Assembly: GCA_010093605.1 (NCBI GenBank)
Contig: MU004184.1
Coordinates: 2,242,801-2,306,800 of the forward strand
DNA: 64,000 nucleotides
Direction: 5' to 3'
Source of the DNA: Lophium mytilinum
Taxonomy: Eukaryota
A program made the position numbers and the translations under genes. Below the pieces are notes generated by a model. It was not told the origin of the DNA and did not search any database. It saw nothing but the letters and a program-made list of their open reading frames with translations. Below, piece after piece: positions 60,829 through 64,000 of this stretch. Positions within the stretch are counted from its first letter, which is position 1; the number at the start of each line of letters is the position of its first letter.

Positions 60829-63800
60829 ATGGATGCCCGCGCTTTTGAGGCCGCGCTCACCAGCTTCGGCGACAATGCCTCTTGCAGGCGGTTGTACGAG
60901 CTGATGGTAAGTCCTCACTTCTGCAGTGATGCGCCCGATGGACTGACAAGGCGCAGACCGCTGTCGCGACGGGCTCTTACGGAAAAGGCGTACTCGGCCC
61001 ATCCGTCGCGGAAGCCTACCTTGACGCATTTACCCACCGCACACTCCCCAATCGGAACCGAAGATGGGTAAGTTAGCACCTTGCGCTCCATAGAAGGCGG
61101 AAAGTCGGCTTAGGGAGAACCTAGAGCTAACGGATGCGGTCTGACAGGTCGGACTCGTCCTATACCAACTCATCGAATCTTCCAACGACGTTTTGGAGCA
61201 TCTACGATCACTTTCGAAAGAGGTCCGATTGCTGAGCAACGTCATTCTCAATGAGCCGGAGGACTTGAAGATGGTCGCGGGAATAATCATTCGCACTATG
61301 ATCCTCGGTGGCATGCAGTATGCCGATTTCTGGTCCAACGGCGCCCCCTACTCCGTTCCGTTTCCCACCGACGAAACCCAGGTGTGGATGCAAGACTTTC
61401 AGGGCTTTATGGATGAGCTGCATCGTCTGAAGTTCCTCGAAGATGATGGCGAGGCTGGGATTATATTCGCCCTTTCGATCTCAGCCAAGGACACTCACGA
61501 CTTTATTCGGGAAACTGGTGCCATGGTCTTGTTCTTTGACAGCAGATACTTGACCGCTTTCGTCCTCGGAACAGCTGGCCGTATTCCGCAAGTTATCGAC
61601 GTTCCGATTTCTCACATCGTTGACACAGACACCAGGACAGCGATCATTCGTAACAGTGATGACGACACTTCGGGGCTTGAAACCGGTCAGCTCGTCATAT
61701 CTCTCCGACCCCTTCCTTGGACGTATCTTTTCAATGCGGAGGAACGAGACGCTAAGCAGATGACGATTACGCTGGACAACATGGCCGATGCACTGGAGGC
61801 GCAGAGCATCATCCAAGAGATACAGCGCCACAAGGCCAAGAAGAAAATGTCCATCAGCCAAGTGTCGTTAGATATCAGTCAAACTCCTCAACAGGGAGAG
61901 ACTTCTGATGCCGAGGTACCCGCTGCCGAAAAGCCTGCAAATGAGGAACCGGCCATCAACCCAGTTGCCGAGGAATTGAGCGTCATACCAGAATCATATC
62001 CGCTTTATGCTGCAGATGCAAACGAAACTCAGGGACAGGATCCGGACATATCTGGCGCTGAATCAAGCGCAAACCAAGAACAGGAAAACCTGAAAGAACA
62101 ACACAATGCCGCCGAGTCTCCAAGTGGCAGACATGCTTCACAGGACAATGTTGGGAGCAATGAAAAAGAGCATTCAGTGACCGAATCACCTCGCGGTACG
62201 CCCGTGGGTGTAAACCAGGATGCCCCAGATGAAACCGTTCCTGCTGCTTTGGCCAAAGCAGTCGATCTTCTAGCGATGGTCACCAAAAGTATGCCCGAAG
62301 CATCTGTACGGACAGGAAAGCTAAAAAAGCCGACTCTTGGAGACCCCGCTAGTCCAGCCAAAAAGAACCACCATGAAGCGAGCGTGTTTGATGTGCCGGA
62401 TACACCGCCGAGAGCTTTCAAGGCCAGATTGAAGAAAACCATTACATACCACAAAAAACCAGCCAAGGACGCGGCCAAACCGAAGACAACTCGAATACCT
62501 ATGAAGAGCGTGGTTCCCAAGAAGAAAGCGCCGCCACGAGGTCTGAAGTCGAAGCCCGTACCACCAAAGAAGAACGCGCAACCAGCGAAAGAGAACCATA
62601 ACAGTAACAATATCGCTCCGGAGAGCTCCGAACCTTCCTCAGACAAAGTGAAGACGAAACCGAGCACGTCAAAGGCGAATGAGAAAACGCAGGATCGGGC
62701 TGGAGGGGCAACACCGTCTAAGTCTACACTGCCCAAGCGCAAACCGACCGCCCTTTCACGTGCAACGGACAAAGCAGCACCCTCCGAGGCTGATCTTACT
62801 ATCTACGATATCCCGCCAGACGAGCCAGAGAAAGCTGGCAAACTGAAAAGACCTGTGCGACGCTCTGTAGCAAAAGTGTTCAATTACAACGTGGAGGAAG
62901 AGTCGGGCTATAGAAATGAAGAATCGGAATATGCGAACCAGGGGCCTACCCAAGAGTCGACCCAAGAGGCTCCACCGAACCCGAAGAAGCGCAAGCTCCA
63001 AGAGCCTCCAAAGACGACTGTAGCAGGACCGGGGAAGAAACGAAAATCTAACAATCAAATTCCAATACCTGCATCTGAGTCAGGTAAGAAGGGATTGGCC
63101 GGTCGGCTTGTGGGAATATCGCCACCCGTCACAGCGGCAAAGTCTACACCAATCACCGAGAAGCAAGCATCATTAGTAGTAGGAAATGATGGTTCTCAGA
63201 GTGATGATTTTATGCCTCTCATTGCGTCTTCTCCTCCGGTCTCTCAAGCGTCACCGACTCAATCGAAAGCCGTCGATCATGCTCACGGCAAAAAGCGCCC
63301 GGCAGAAACACCTCCAGTAGAAACACCCAAGGCAAAACGAAACAAACTATTGGAGTCATCGCAGCGTCTCGAGTCCACTAAGACACAGCGAAGTGTACGT
63401 AGCCGGACACATTCAAGTCAAGTTCACGTCAATGAGGCGGGGAGCCCATGTGCGGCTGATACCGAAGAGCGATCAGGAAAAACCTTGCTCGATGGCTTAC
63501 GAAACAGAACGACTTCTGAATGGTCTACAAACTCTAGACCTGGGAAACGACGAGGATCTGAGTCTCCTACCAGGGAGCACAATAACGCCCTATCGAAGGC
63601 CGCATTCATTGTAATCAGCGACAACAAGGGCGAGGCAGTAGAATCGGATTACGGCAGCTCATCTGAAGCGGATGAGCCTAGTTCACAGCAAGTTTTCTCA
63701 AGCAACACCAAGCCTGCACCGGCCTCACCAAACGCTGCCTCTCAGGCATTATCAGGCTATGCCGACGAGGAGGAGCTCAGGACGATAGGAGTAAGAGCAG

Positions 63801-64000
63801 AGGAGGCCAACGCGGCCAGTGACCCATTTAATCCACGACATCGGGCCTACGCCAAGGGACGTAATGAGAACTTCACGAGACGTCTCAGTGGACAGAATCC
63901 GTACGCAACGCCAGTCCCACCGCTTCGAAAGAAGGCGATGCCACGGAAGCCATTGTCTGAGCGTGTTGCGGAGAAGTCGCTTGGAGAGCTTGCAGTGCCA
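60829..64000 (+). CDS. Large uncharacterised protein, truncated by the window end; helical plus beta-rich N-terminal region followed by a long low-complexity region (possible Red1/Rec10/SYCP2-like)
   Basis: Exons 60829-60906, 60957-61067 and 61148 to the window end: MDARAFEAAL...|TAVATG...RNRRW|VGLVLYQLIESSNDV...EDLKMVAGIIIRTM.... The last exon appears to stay open to the window end (translated in part by hand), which would explain its absence from the ORF track. Confidence 0.7.

Overview
This is a 64 kb piece of a filamentous ascomycete (Pezizomycotina) nuclear chromosome. It has short GT-AG introns with CTRAC/CTRAT branch points and RIP-type (CpA->TpA) degraded DNA. Bases 1-6000 are AT-rich and hold two related, RIP-inactivated hAT transposase relics in divergent orientation, which bracket a small intact intron-containing MAPEG-family gene. 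The remaining ~58 kb is gene-dense, with about 25 genes. Core genes: LYAR-type zinc finger, ERV2, branched-chain aminotransferase, NAT4/Naa40, LYR-motif protein, GPD1, IRC20/SHPRH-like helicase-E3, palF/RIM8 arrestin, RSM23/DAP3, RRS1. Others: FMO fused to an extra C-terminal domain, RBR E3 ligase, GH7 cellobiohydrolase, methyltransferase, nitronate monooxygenase, MFS efflux pump and several small secreted Cys-rich proteins. A large gene with a possible Red1/SYCP2-like architecture runs off the right end. The three most notable unexplained signals are: (i) a ~430 nt densely base-paired, G-U-rich putative structured RNA at ~41.1-41.55 kb with an Sm-like site, which matches no ncRNA family I recognise; (ii) a head-to-head pair of diverged paralogous Ifi-6-16-like membrane protein genes at 17.2-18.7 kb, one carrying four 22-aa amphipathic repeats and an in-frame TAG; (iii) the MAPEG gene between the inverted hAT relics. 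All calls were made by eye. No searches or folding programs were run, and exon boundaries are manual.
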